Shown here: positions 1 to 9,394 of the stretch, piece after piece | Position numbering within the stretch: the first letter of the stretch is position 1 | Layout of the letters: each line of letters starts with the position of its first letter | From: Lysobacterales bacterium | GTDB lineage: Bacteria; Pseudomonadota; Gammaproteobacteria; Xanthomonadales; SZUA-5 | NCBI GenBank assembly: GCA_036722245.1 | Contig: DAIMJK010000001.1 | Coordinates: 1 to 56,791, forward strand | Direction: 5' to 3' | DNA length: 56,791 nt | Made by a program: the position numbers and the translations under genes | The notes under the pieces: model-generated | The model's database searches: none | Seen by the model: the letters and a program-made list of their open reading frames with translations, nothing else | Told to the model about the DNA's origin: nothing

Positions 1-2
1 TG

Positions 3-584
3 GCCAGGCAAGCAGCACCCAAGCGCGAGCACCTGCTGGAAGTGGCCACCGTGCTTTTTCACCGCTACGGCTATCACGCCGTGGGGCTGGATCGGATCCT
101 GGAGGAAGCCGAGGTCTCGCGACCGACCCTGTTCAAGCACTTCCCGACCAAGGACGCCTTGATCGTGACCGCGCTCCAGCGCCGCGATCTGCAGGCGAGG
201 GAACGCTTCTTCGGCGCGCTGCGCGAGCATCCGGGGCCCTTCCGCGAGTGCATTTCCCACATGTTCGACATGCTGGAAGTGTGGGTCCGCCGACCGGATT
301 TCACCGGCTGTCTGTTCATCAACGCTACGGCCGAGTTTGCCGACCACCGCGACCCCATTCATCGGGCAGCCAAGGCGCACAAGGACGCCTATCGTGGGTT
401 TCTGCAGGAACTGGCTGAAGCGGCCGGCGCCCGTGATGCGTCGGCGCTGGCCGAGCAGCTCATGATTCTGGTCGATGGCCTGATCGTGACCTGCCATGTC
501 GCCGGACCGCAGCACTTTCCGGCGCGCGCAAAAGCGGCCGCACTGGCTCTGGCCGATGCGGCGCTGACGCCCGCCTGCGACTGA
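3..584 (+). CDS. TetR/AcrR-family transcriptional regulator, 5'-truncated by the window edge
   Basis: Frame 3 is open from nt 3 (ARQAAPKREHLLEVATVLFHRYGYHAVGLDRILEEAEVSRPTLFKHFPTKDAL, a TetR HTH signature). The track start at 42 is an internal GTG. Stop at 582-584. Confidence 0.85.
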   Translation, partial: ARQAAPKREHLLEVATVLFHRYGYHAVGLDRILEEAEVSRPTLFKHFPTKDALIVTALQRRDLQARERFFGALREHPGPFRECISHMFDMLEVWVRRPDFTGCLFINATAEFADHRDPIHRAAKAHKDAYRGFLQELAEAAGARDASALAEQLMILVDGLIVTCHVAGPQHFPARAKAAALALADAALTPACD

Positions 585-594
585 GCATCGACCG

Positions 595-1098
595 ATGATG
601 CTGTCGTTCCACCGCCGCCTTGCCCTGCCCGACTGGCGCATCGACGTGAGTCAGGGCGAGCCATTGCGTCCGTTACTCCAGATCGAGCCCGAGCCGATCC
701 CGCGCGAGCGTTTCGTCGAGGGCATGCGCGCGTATCGTGAATACAGCTTCACGCAGGGAGGCAACCGCCATGCTGTGCTCGCGCTGCGCGATGCGGGCGG
801 CGTCGGCATTCCGCGCGGTACGGTGTTGGAGTGTGAGGGCCGGATACTTGCGCGGATGCGCCCTACCCCTCGTTTCGGTCACGTACTGTTGATCGGAGAC
901 GAGGAGCTACCGCTGATCGAGCACAGTCGCTGGCTGTGGCTCAGCGGCGGCTGGTCGGTAACGCGGAACAAGCGCGAGATGGTGCGTCTGGACTACTCCG
1001 GCCCGTGGCGCCGCAACCGCCTGCACTGTAGCAATGGCGCCGCACTGGAGTTGCCGCTGTTGGCTTTCGTCGCGGTGACGCTGCTGGTGAGCAACTGA
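595..1098 (+). CDS. Hypothetical protein with a C-terminal hydrophobic helix
   Basis: 167-aa ORF 10 nt after the TetR stop with protein-like composition. C-terminus LELPLLAFVAVTLLVSN. No recognisable motif. Confidence 0.5.
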   Translation: MMLSFHRRLALPDWRIDVSQGEPLRPLLQIEPEPIPRERFVEGMRAYREYSFTQGGNRHAVLALRDAGGVGIPRGTVLECEGRILARMRPTPRFGHVLLIGDEELPLIEHSRWLWLSGGWSVTRNKREMVRLDYSGPWRRNRLHCSNGAALELPLLAFVAVTLLVSN

Positions 1099-1294
1099 GG
1101 CTGGCGGCGATGATGACCTGTGGGCGATGACCCTGAGGCATGAGACGGCGACGAGGACGACTCGTCCAGATTCAAAGCCAGCTGCACTCACAAGCATCCC
1201 TGGCCAGGTCAGGCTTGATCTTGCTCTGCTCACGCATTCGAACCGTGTCAGGGCCAGCTCGCGGATCTCCCGAAACCACGCCTGCTTCCGATGT

Positions 1295-3691
1295 CTACCT
1301 CTCCGCGATACTCTTGCGGTGCGCCAGCCCGAGCAGCTGCTGTGCGTCCTGCCGCGACACTGGCTTGCTCACCCAGGCATCGATCAACGGATGTGCCAGT
1401 TGCAATTCCGGGTCCCCGCTATCGCCGCTGACGACCGCCAGACAGGGCCTCTGTGCCAGCCCGGCTCGTGCACCAAACAGACGCTCGGCCAGATCCGTGC
1501 CAGACTCGGCACCCAGATTCAGATCGATCAGGAGCAGGTCATACTGTCTGGACTGCAACGCTCTGACCAATTCTTCGCCATCCGCGGCCTCGTCCACCCG
1601 GCAGCCCAGACTGCCGAGCAGAATCGCCAGACCCAGCCTCGGCATGGGATCGTCATCCACCACCAGCACACACAAGTCCGTCGACTCATTGACGCCTTCA
1701 TGATTGCCTGGCGCGACTTTGACCGACACAGCCTCACATGGGCGCCAGGGCAACTCGAGTCGGGCGACCGCGCCGCCACCGTCGCGATTTCGTATGCCGA
1801 TAACTCCGCCCAGCGTCACCGCCAGACGCATGCTGATGGCCAGCCCTAGACCGCTGCCATGCGGGTTGCGACTGGCGGCACTCCCTCGACGAAAGCTCAC
1901 GCCCAGATGGTCGCTGTCCTGCGCGCTCAGCCCCGGACCCTGATCGAGCACCTCGATCACCAGGCGTTCCCCGAGCGCGCGTTCACATCGCACCCGCACC
2001 GGCAGGCCGTCGGAGTAGGCCAGCGCGTTGCTGACAAGATTGAGCAGAATCTGGGTCAGGCGCGACGCATCGCTATACATCCACTCGGGCACGGCTTCGG
2101 AGTTTTCGACCGACACCCGTTCGGCGGACAGATTGGCACCTTGGGTGACAAGCATTGCACAATCCAGGATCAACTGACGCAGCGCCACGGGCTTGGCATC
2201 GGCTTGCTTGAACACATCTTGCTCGAGTTTCGCCAGTTGGAGGGACTCCGCAGCCAGGCGTGCGACCAGCCGAGCCGCCGAGAGCGCCAAGTCCAATGCG
2301 CGAGCATCCTTCACTGCGGGCTGCAACGAACCAGACTCCAGAACGCCGAGCAGGCATTGCGCGGGGTTACGGATTTCATGCCCGGTGAATGCCAACATCT
2401 CGATCTGGCGGCGCGCTACGGCGGCATCCTGTGCGCGCCGTGATTGCAGTAGTCGAAACTTGGCCGTCTGCCACACCGCAGCGGTACTTAGCATCGCGAG
2501 CCCCGCAAGGAGCCAAGCGACACGTGCGCTCTGCACTCCGCGTTCCCGAGCCAGTGCCATGTTTTCAGACTCGAGGCGGAGCAGCGCCTGTGAGCGTTCG
2601 CGATTGCGGAACGCGGCTTCACTGGCCTCCATCGCTTCCACCTGCAAACGTGCTTGGGCACGCATCTGCAGTATCCCGGCTTCCCGCTGCTGGCTCAGCG
2701 CCTCTCGATACGCTCCCCGGCCTTCCAGACAAACAGCCCAAAAACGCCTCAGTCGCGCACCATCATGCGGTTGGTCCAGGTCGTCGAAAGCCCTCGCCGC
2801 CTCGGCGAACTGCGCCAGCGGCTTGATGTCCCGATCCGTCGCCAGCTCACAACGAAACCTGGCGATGTACTCCAGCGCGAAAGCGCGATAGTAATCGTTG
2901 CCCTGAGTCGTCGCGACATCAAAGGCTCGTTCGGCGCGAGCGAGCGCCTGAGCGCTGTCTCCGGACGCCAGCGCTGCGCTGACGCCGGCCAACAGGAGCA
3001 TCCGCTCCAATTCGGGATCGGCGGGATCGACGTTGATCGTATCGGCTCGTTTGATGTACTCGGCTGTCCGTCCGTCCCCACTGTCTAGGGACACACGTGC
3101 CGCGTTGAGGAGGTACCGGACCTGCATTGCGCGGTTGTCCGTGATCCGGGCAAGTTCCAGCCCACGCTCGATCTCCTGTCGAGCGTTATCAAGCCGACCA
3201 CTGCGCCCGTAGGTCGAAGAGAGGTTCAAACGAGACCTGAGTTCGAGGCCGGGAATGCCCAGGCGTTCCGCGCGTGAGGTAGTTTCAAGCAGGATCTCCA
3301 GTGCTTCAGCGGTTCGGCCAGAGGACTGCAGGGCAGCGGCCAAGACAATGTCGATCTCCAGCGACAGCGGATCCGAGTCGACTGCCGGATGGCTGGCGCG
3401 CGCCAATCTGGCGTACTCGAGCGATTGGCCGGACAAGTTTTTATTCAGCAGGTACCTGGCCAAATCAAGCATCGCCGAGGCAACCTCGCGAGCGTCGCCG
3501 CGCTCCTCCGCAGAGGCAATGCGACCACTGACCAACTCGACATGGGTTGCGTCACCGGATGGCAACACAGGTTCGGCCCACGACGGGAGGGAGCTGAGCA
3601 GACAGTGCGCGCTGAAGCAGAGCGCGCGAATGAAAAGGCGCTCCCGCGGCGAGGGACTGCAAACAGGTGGGCAAGATCGCTGACCGAACAT
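1295..3691 (-). CDS. Hybrid sensor histidine kinase (signal peptide/TM, TPR-like helical repeats, TM, HisKA, HATPase, receiver)
   Basis: H-box FTGHEIRNPAQ; G-box GSGLGLAISMRL; receiver VLVVDDDPMPRLG...DLLLIDLNLG. Start placed at Met35 of the track ORF (MFGQRS..., nt 3691) so it does not overlap the upstream Hpt gene. The 3793 start is the alternative. Confidence 0.88.
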   Translation of the reverse strand: MFGQRSCPPVCSPSPRERLFIRALCFSAHCLLSSLPSWAEPVLPSGDATHVELVSGRIASAEERGDAREVASAMLDLARYLLNKNLSGQSLEYARLARASHPAVDSDPLSLEIDIVLAAALQSSGRTAEALEILLETTSRAERLGIPGLELRSRLNLSSTYGRSGRLDNARQEIERGLELARITDNRAMQVRYLLNAARVSLDSGDGRTAEYIKRADTINVDPADPELERMLLLAGVSAALASGDSAQALARAERAFDVATTQGNDYYRAFALEYIARFRCELATDRDIKPLAQFAEAARAFDDLDQPHDGARLRRFWAVCLEGRGAYREALSQQREAGILQMRAQARLQVEAMEASEAAFRNRERSQALLRLESENMALARERGVQSARVAWLLAGLAMLSTAAVWQTAKFRLLQSRRAQDAAVARRQIEMLAFTGHEIRNPAQCLLGVLESGSLQPAVKDARALDLALSAARLVARLAAESLQLAKLEQDVFKQADAKPVALRQLILDCAMLVTQGANLSAERVSVENSEAVPEWMYSDASRLTQILLNLVSNALAYSDGLPVRVRCERALGERLVIEVLDQGPGLSAQDSDHLGVSFRRGSAASRNPHGSGLGLAISMRLAVTLGGVIGIRNRDGGGAVARLELPWRPCEAVSVKVAPGNHEGVNESTDLCVLVVDDDPMPRLGLAILLGSLGCRVDEAADGEELVRALQSRQYDLLLIDLNLGAESGTDLAERLFGARAGLAQRPCLAVVSGDSGDPELQLAHPLIDAWVSKPVSRQDAQQLLGLAHRKSIAER

Positions 3692-3708
3692 TGCCACAGA
3701 CAACACGG

Positions 3709-4053
3709 TCAAACCTCCGCCAGCCAAGCCGCCAGCCCGCACATGGTCGCCTTGAACGCTGCTTCCAGCGGCACCAGATCGATCGGGCCGCAAGCGTCGC
3801 TCTCAATAGCGGCAGCAAGCTCCGCCAAACCCGAGGCCCCCACGCTCACCGAGATACCTTTGAGCGAATGCGCAGCATTGCGCATGGAGTCGACATCACC
3901 GGAGGCGCAGGCTGTACGAAGGGCATCCAGCCGCTGCCGCGTGTTGATCTCAAAGAGCGAAACCAACTGTGCGGCCGCGCCGGGTCGAAAGGCATCCAAC
4001 TGCCGGACCTGATCGAGCTGCGTCTTGTCCAGTCCGTGATAGCGAGTACACAT
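3709..4053 (-). CDS. Hpt (histidine phosphotransfer) domain protein
   Basis: Motif MRNAAHSLKGISVSVGASGLAELA (HxxKG). ATG at 4053 gives about 114 aa, a typical Hpt size. The track start at 4140 is a GTG inside the upstream gene. Confidence 0.8.
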   Translation of the reverse strand: MCTRYHGLDKTQLDQVRQLDAFRPGAAAQLVSLFEINTRQRLDALRTACASGDVDSMRNAAHSLKGISVSVGASGLAELAAAIESDACGPIDLVPLEAAFKATMCGLAAWLAEV

Positions 4054-4099
4054 CGGGAGACTCAGCGAGTCCGGTCCAAAGTCCGAAAATTGCAAGCGA

Positions 4100-4462
4100 C
4101 TACAGCGCCTGTTCCAGCTCCATGATACGCACTTCCGCACGAACCCGGTCCAACATCATCCGGACCAGCAGTCGCGACATGGACTCCCGCATCCCCGCGA
4201 ACAGCCTCCCGAGCAATACCTGAAACGACCCATCGATCGCGGAACGGAACGGCTCGACTTCCGCCGGGAGTATCAGCTCCAGCTCCATATGCAGCGGTTC
4301 GACCTGGTCAAGGCAAGCCTCGATGGTTGGTCGTATCCGTCGCAGCAGAACCTCGACGGTCTCCTCCGTCATTCCCTCCGCGGCGAGCGAGGCGCGCAAG
4401 ACCTGGGCCAACACTGACCACGCGCGGAAAAAAGGATTCGGAAACTGCACCACTTCACCCAT
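4100..4462 (-). CDS. Hypothetical small helical protein
   Basis: ORF in line with the operon. Start chosen at MGEVVQFPNP (ATG 4462, GGAG upstream). No known motif. Confidence 0.45.
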   Translation of the reverse strand: MGEVVQFPNPFFRAWSVLAQVLRASLAAEGMTEETVEVLLRRIRPTIEACLDQVEPLHMELELILPAEVEPFRSAIDGSFQVLLGRLFAGMRESMSRLLVRMMLDRVRAEVRIMELEQAL

Positions 4463-4592
4463 ACCAATCGCACTCCAGTGGACGCCCGCAGAGCAATGCA
4501 GACTCCCGGAACGCACCGCTGCTGTCAACAGCTCGTCCAGCTGGACCCATCATCCGAGGGGGGCCACGCAACCGTCTCGCCCAAGCAAACCG

Positions 4593-5801
4593 TCAATGGC
4601 GCGAGAGTGCGCCCAGTACGGTGTTGCCCGGGAAACTCTTGCCACCCCTGATCAGCTCCTGCGCGGCCTCGATGTCGGGTGTGCAATCCCAGAACAGCAC
4701 GCCCACAGGTCGATCGTTCTCCAAGTAGTAGCAGATCGACGCAGCGGCACCTGATCTGTTATCCAGGACCAATCGAAAGCTGTTCGAGATCAGACCGATT
4801 CCTTCATAACTGCAACCGGCCACCTGCGAATAGAAGTAGGGGAGCGCGTCATAACTCATGGACTTGCCAGCCATCGCACGACCGGCACAGAGCCCAGACA
4901 CGTTGGCATTCTCTTCGTGCTCAGCCCCTACCCATCGATCGAGATCCCGGCAGAAGTATTCGATGACATCGCCCGCCGCGAATACTGCCGGATCTTCCGT
5001 ATTGCAGTACTCACCCACCCTTATACCCCTTCCCACCGCCAAACCGGCGCCCTCTGCCAGCTCCCGATTCGGATCAAGACCAATCCCCGCGATCACGTGG
5101 CGAGCAGCAACATTCTCCCCGGTGTCACAAATCAAAGTGTGCCCGTTGGCGCTCGTCCGGACCCACTCGACCCGCCCTACTCGACGCACTGCCACACCTA
5201 CCTCACCAAGGGAATATTCCAGTCGATCAACCAACTCAGGCGGAAGAAACGACGAACATGGACCCAACCGTGAGCAGAGCAACGAAACCGCAGCACCTGA
5301 CTTGCGAACGCCGGCAGCAATCTCGGTACCTACCAAGCCTCCGCCAACGACACAAATCGGGTTCGAGGAAACAGAAACTGCTCGCACCTGCCGGTAATCA
5401 GCCAGCGTACGGAAATAGACAACACCTCCGTCCTCGCCTGGAAGCCTTCGAGCCCGCCCACCCGTGGCGATAAGCAGCTTCTCGTAAGCGTAAAGTTCAC
5501 CTCGATCATCCCGAGCTATCTTGCGATCACGATCGATGTTCACCACCCGCCGGCCCAGGCAAAGCTCAACGACGCGCCCTCTGGTCGCGCGCCAGATACG
5601 ATCGATCTGCATCCCGTCCCAGAGCGACTTGGACAAGGGCGGTCTGTTGTAAGGTGGATCAGCCTCATCCGAAACAAGGCCAATACTCCCTGCCTTGTCG
5701 GTCAGGCGGATACCCTTGATAGCGGAGTCAGCTGCCACACCTCCGCCAACCACCAAATACTTGAAACGCTTCACCCGAACCTCTCCCAAATTACCCCGCA
5801 T
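4593..5801 (-). CDS. FAD/NAD(P)-dependent pyridine-nucleotide-disulfide-family oxidoreductase, ferredoxin-reductase-like
   Basis: FAD Rossmann YLVVGGGVAADSA, ATGGRARRLP, NAD Rossmann VVGGGLVGTEIAAG, and AAGDV. An alternative GTG start at 5777 is preceded by GGGAGAGG with a 5-nt spacer. Confidence 0.85.
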   Translation of the reverse strand: MRGNLGEVRVKRFKYLVVGGGVAADSAIKGIRLTDKAGSIGLVSDEADPPYNRPPLSKSLWDGMQIDRIWRATRGRVVELCLGRRVVNIDRDRKIARDDRGELYAYEKLLIATGGRARRLPGEDGGVVYFRTLADYRQVRAVSVSSNPICVVGGGLVGTEIAAGVRKSGAAVSLLCSRLGPCSSFLPPELVDRLEYSLGEVGVAVRRVGRVEWVRTSANGHTLICDTGENVAARHVIAGIGLDPNRELAEGAGLAVGRGIRVGEYCNTEDPAVFAAGDVIEYFCRDLDRWVGAEHEENANVSGLCAGRAMAGKSMSYDALPYFYSQVAGCSYEGIGLISNSFRLVLDNRSGAAASICYYLENDRPVGVLFWDCTPDIEAAQELIRGGKSFPGNTVLGALSRH

Positions 5802-5830
5802 GACCGTGACACCGGTCTACTTTATAGGCA

Positions 5831-6514
5831 TCAGCAGAAAAACCATTCAGCCATGAACCTCCCGGTCCACGCCTCACCGAAGCTCTTGTTCATCAACGGT
5901 AGTCCGGGAGAATTGACATGATGATGATGCTTGTAGTTTCGTGAAAACGCAACGAAAGTCGAGACCTCTTCGCCGCTGCGCCGTCGAGGGGATTCCATCT
6001 CCGAACATATTCTCCCCCATACTTCGAAATGCACGGACTCCACCTCGGCAAAAGGCTCCAGCCCAGTCGGTCGAATAAACACATCCCAACCACTGCGACA
6101 CTCCTCGAACCAGCCCGGCGCATCTCCGTCATTGATCAAGTGCGGTCGAGTCAATCTGGCGAGGTCAAAACACCGCTTCGCGAAAGCTCTCGTAGCCCGC
6201 TCCTGGTCCGGCGCCACGGCATCAATGACTGCGACGATCGGCCGCGCCCCCAGACGGACGAACTCCATTGCGTAGATCGGCAACGCGAAATGCTCCGCTG
6301 GATAAAAGAACATCGTGATGATATCTATTTTTCCAGAGCGAATGGATGCTGCCCTGAATTCACCCACACTCCCGACATTGTACCTGCATGAACTGATAGC
6401 CAAAGAACCAGGCAAACTATCCTTCGCCTTCGCGCCCATATGATCAGGCGCTTGAATTTTCGTTACACCGAAAGGCACCAACCCCAAGGTCCCATCGATC
6501 ATATCTGAGAACAT
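5831..6514 (-). CDS. Ferredoxin-dependent bilin reductase (FDBR, PcyA/PebA/HY2 superfamily), divergent
   Basis: IDIITMFFYPAEHFALPIYAMEFVRLGARPIVAVIDAVAP, WDVFIRP and C-terminal NKSFGEAWTGRFMAEWFF parallel the PcyA blocks as I remember them ([43 protein letters not shown]). ATG 6514 follows GGGAGA and lies 1 nt after the upstream stop. Confidence 0.8.
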   Translation of the reverse strand: MFSDMIDGTLGLVPFGVTKIQAPDHMGAKAKDSLPGSLAISSCRYNVGSVGEFRAASIRSGKIDIITMFFYPAEHFALPIYAMEFVRLGARPIVAVIDAVAPDQERATRAFAKRCFDLARLTRPHLINDGDAPGWFEECRSGWDVFIRPTGLEPFAEVESVHFEVWGRICSEMESPRRRSGEEVSTFVAFSRNYKHHHHVNSPGLPLMNKSFGEAWTGRFMAEWFFC

Positions 6515-6515
6515 A

Positions 6516-7025
6516 TCAGTCTCCCGGAACGACTCCGCAATCACGATCCTCAAGGTCGGCCAGGATCACGTCCCATGCCAAAATGGCGCGCGGCCGGAAC
6601 TCGCACTGCGGACGGACACGGCGCACCAACGCACGCGCTTCCTCTGCAGGCAGATCGTGCGCTATCTGCAGTGCGATGCCAAGAACCAATGCGGAACGCG
6701 CCCGCCCCAAGCTACATACGACGTAGGTAAACCGCCGCTGGCGCAGGCACTCGACTGTCTTCGAAACCGCATTCAGGAGGGCATGATATCCATCCTCGCC
6801 AATCTGCGTACGCCAGTTGCTTGACTGATCGACCGCTCCGGAGAAGACGTCGGTAAACCAGTAGTCCCAGGCAGTCAGCCCTTCCTTCATGGCCCCTTCG
6901 TACAGAATGCCGCTTGGCGAACCCGAAACATTGATCAAGGTATCCACACCGACTCGTCGCGCCAACAGCAACTCGCGCTCCAGCGGCAATGCACTGATTG
7001 CAAACCTAAACTCCATATTGAACAT
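6516..7025 (-). CDS. Dual-specificity/tyrosine-phosphatase-like protein (CX5R)
   Basis: P-loop YVVCSLGRARSALV matches C-x2-G-x2-R-S. About 169 aa, the usual DSP size. Confidence 0.65.
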   Translation of the reverse strand: MFNMEFRFAISALPLERELLLARRVGVDTLINVSGSPSGILYEGAMKEGLTAWDYWFTDVFSGAVDQSSNWRTQIGEDGYHALLNAVSKTVECLRQRRFTYVVCSLGRARSALVLGIALQIAHDLPAEEARALVRRVRPQCEFRPRAILAWDVILADLEDRDCGVVPGD

Positions 7026-7029
7026 GAAA

Positions 7030-7674
7030 TTATTGCTGCGTTACCGCTCTCGTCGTGAGCCCCATGGCTTCGCGGATCAGTCCCATCCGTCGACCCACAT
7101 CGGGTACATTGCGACTAGGGTGCGAATACCACAGAAACCCGCCCCAGGTCTCCGCGGACCAGCAACCGGCCTGCGCTATCGATTTCGCCACTCCTGGTAG
7201 ATCGGCCGACGGCGGGTCCGCGAGATCCCACAGAACCGTAAACCGGTCACAGTATGGGTACAGCCGCCGAAACTGCGGTGCCTCGTCCACAGGAAGCAAC
7301 AACAGATACTGCTGAAAGGGTGAGTCTATACCAGGGAGCAGAGAGGCAGCGGCTGTCATCAGTTCCACGGATGAGGGTGGATACGGTGACAGAGCGAGGG
7401 GCAGCTCCAGTCCCTTGAAGGAATCGCCGACTATATTGATTCGGTCTTGATCAGCCAGCAAACCAGGCAACCCGAACCTTGGCCGATTCTGTGCATCAAA
7501 CACCGCTGCGATGCGGGACCTGGGCGACATCTCGACGACCAGGGTCGATCCCCGATCCCCGAAACGTGAACCCTTGAGTGCGTATACTGCCCACGGGTGC
7601 GAGTAGAACACAACATGCAGTCTTCGGGGCTGCGTACTCTTCTGCGGTTGGGGTATGTCAAGCGCCGTTTGCAT
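7030..7674 (-). CDS. Hypothetical protein
   Basis: 214-224-aa ORF between the kinase and phosphatase genes with no recognisable motif. Start is ambiguous (7674 or 7704); both overlap the kinase stop. Confidence 0.45.
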   Translation of the reverse strand: MQTALDIPQPQKSTQPRRLHVVFYSHPWAVYALKGSRFGDRGSTLVVEMSPRSRIAAVFDAQNRPRFGLPGLLADQDRINIVGDSFKGLELPLALSPYPPSSVELMTAAASLLPGIDSPFQQYLLLLPVDEAPQFRRLYPYCDRFTVLWDLADPPSADLPGVAKSIAQAGCWSAETWGGFLWYSHPSRNVPDVGRRMGLIREAMGLTTRAVTQQ

Positions 7675-9394
7675 AAAGCACCAATCGGGAGTTGAGGGGG
7701 TCAATGCGAGTCCAGCTCAGCAACCAGGCGTGGTCGGCACTGACTACCAATCCATCAGCCGCATCGACGAATGAGGCAACGCATCGTGACTGCAAGGCGA
7801 CGTGACTCTGCATAACCTTGCCGCCGTCAGACAACCAGAATACATGACCCGGAGAGCAGCAAAGGCTGCGAACGGGTGATGGCAATGCCACTTTGTTCGG
7901 TTCACCAATACTCGGCACATGCCACAGGTCATACACCCCGCCGCTCGCCATCGTCACGGCAAGCAATGCCGACCGAGCGGCCACCATCTTCACGATCGGA
8001 GCGCCAAGATTGACAGACTTCAGCAACGCGCATTTCGCCGAGTAGGTCGCGATTTCGTTGTTCATCGAGCCCGACGAGATTGCGAACTGACCGTCCTCCC
8101 ACAGGACCGAATGAGCTTCAAGGAGGAAATGTGAAGCCAGCGCCGTCGACTCCTGGTCCGATGGGAAGTGATGCAAACTGATGGCGCGATTGGTCCGCGT
8201 AAACAGGAACTCGTCGCCGATCGCATAGTCGATCACATTCGTACAGCGCTCTGAAATGACTGTACGGGCACTGCGATCAAGATCAAGAACGAAACAATTT
8301 GATTCGATAATGTAGCCCAAGCGCGTGGCTGAAACGACCCTGATCGGACCGGTCTTGGGCAGCACCTTCTTGAAGCTTGCGTCGATACCGCCGATGAGCA
8401 GCATCTCCGACGAGCCCTCAAGCACGATCAGTGGCTTTCCCAGCCGTGTCAGCAGATGCACACGCGAGAACGCAAATTCAACGGATCGACGCGCTACCTC
8501 CACAACTCGCTCGCTTCTGATCGGCTTTTGCACGCCGCCATTGCGGTCCAGATTTAGCCGCTGGCCAACCTGCCGCTCGGGAATCTGTCCCGGCGTGGAA
8601 TTATTCAACATCGACAGAGCACGCTGCGCATCGGCGTACCGGCGCGTTGGGTTCTTCTCCAACAGTCCCGCAATCAGGTCACGCAGGCTGGACGCTGGCA
8701 CCCGTTCCATGGGTACCGGCGAGTGCAGATGGGCACGCGCGACCTCACTAGGCCCCCCGCTGAACGGTAGCTCCCCGGAAGCCAGTTGGAACAACATGAC
8801 TCCGAGGCTGTATAGATCGCTGTTGTAGCTGAACTTTTCATGCAGTCTTTCCGGCGCGGCGTATGCAGGCGTTCCAGATCTGTGGCCACCAGCCATTGCC
8901 TCGCGAAGCGTACAAGTCGAACCAAGATCACCCAACACGAACTGAATCCCGTTCGCGGTCTGCCTGAGAAAGACGTTGTCGGGTTTCAAATCACAATGGA
9001 TCAATTTTCGAGAATGCAGATGCGCGAGCGCGGCGAGGAGATCCGAGGCGCACTGCTGCAAATCCTCAACCCGACACTTGGGGAGGAGCGCGCTAGCTGT
9101 TCCATTCGGGAAGTACTCGTATACAACAAAGCTTGCACCATCCTCGGCATAGAAGAAATCGGAGGCACAGAGGAGGTTTTGGTGCTTGACTTCCAGTGCC
9201 GCCTTGGTCTCCCGTAGATAGACCTGCCCCTTCGCGGGTGGAAAGCACTTGAGCACAACCGTGCGCTGGTCGCGCAAGTCGGTGGCAACGTAGACCCCGG
9301 AAGCAGCTCCCTGATTGAGTTCAGACTCGATTCTATAGCGTCGCGCGAGCACTCGCGCTTCCTTAAGCGCGAAGTCGACGTTCATATTCGTCAC
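7658..9394 (-). CDS. Hanks-type Ser/Thr protein kinase with a ~300-aa C-terminal beta-rich (propeller-like) domain
   Basis: VVLKCF (catalytic Lys), HCDLKPDNVF, LGDLGS, GTPAYAAPE and DLYSLGVMLF. The C-terminal half is rich in short beta-like segments. Confidence 0.88.
   Translation of the reverse strand: MTNMNVDFALKEARVLARRYRIESELNQGAASGVYVATDLRDQRTVVLKCFPPAKGQVYLRETKAALEVKHQNLLCASDFFYAEDGASFVVYEYFPNGTASALLPKCRVEDLQQCASDLLAALAHLHSRKLIHCDLKPDNVFLRQTANGIQFVLGDLGSTCTLREAMAGGHRSGTPAYAAPERLHEKFSYNSDLYSLGVMLFQLASGELPFSGGPSEVARAHLHSPVPMERVPASSLRDLIAGLLEKNPTRRYADAQRALSMLNNSTPGQIPERQVGQRLNLDRNGGVQKPIRSERVVEVARRSVEFAFSRVHLLTRLGKPLIVLEGSSEMLLIGGIDASFKKVLPKTGPIRVVSATRLGYIIESNCFVLDLDRSARTVISERCTNVIDYAIGDEFLFTRTNRAISLHHFPSDQESTALASHFLLEAHSVLWEDGQFAISSGSMNNEIATYSAKCALLKSVNLGAPIVKMVAARSALLAVTMASGGVYDLWHVPSIGEPNKVALPSPVRSLCCSPGHVFWLSDGGKVMQSHVALQSRCVASFVDAADGLVVSADHAWLLSWTRIDPLNSRLVLYANGA

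Noticed and set aside
1150-1166. Hairpin GACGAG-GACGA-CTCGTC between the convergent genes at 1098 and 1295 as a bidirectional terminator.
   Set aside because: The stem is only 6 bp and there is no T/U tract on either strand. This is too weak to call.
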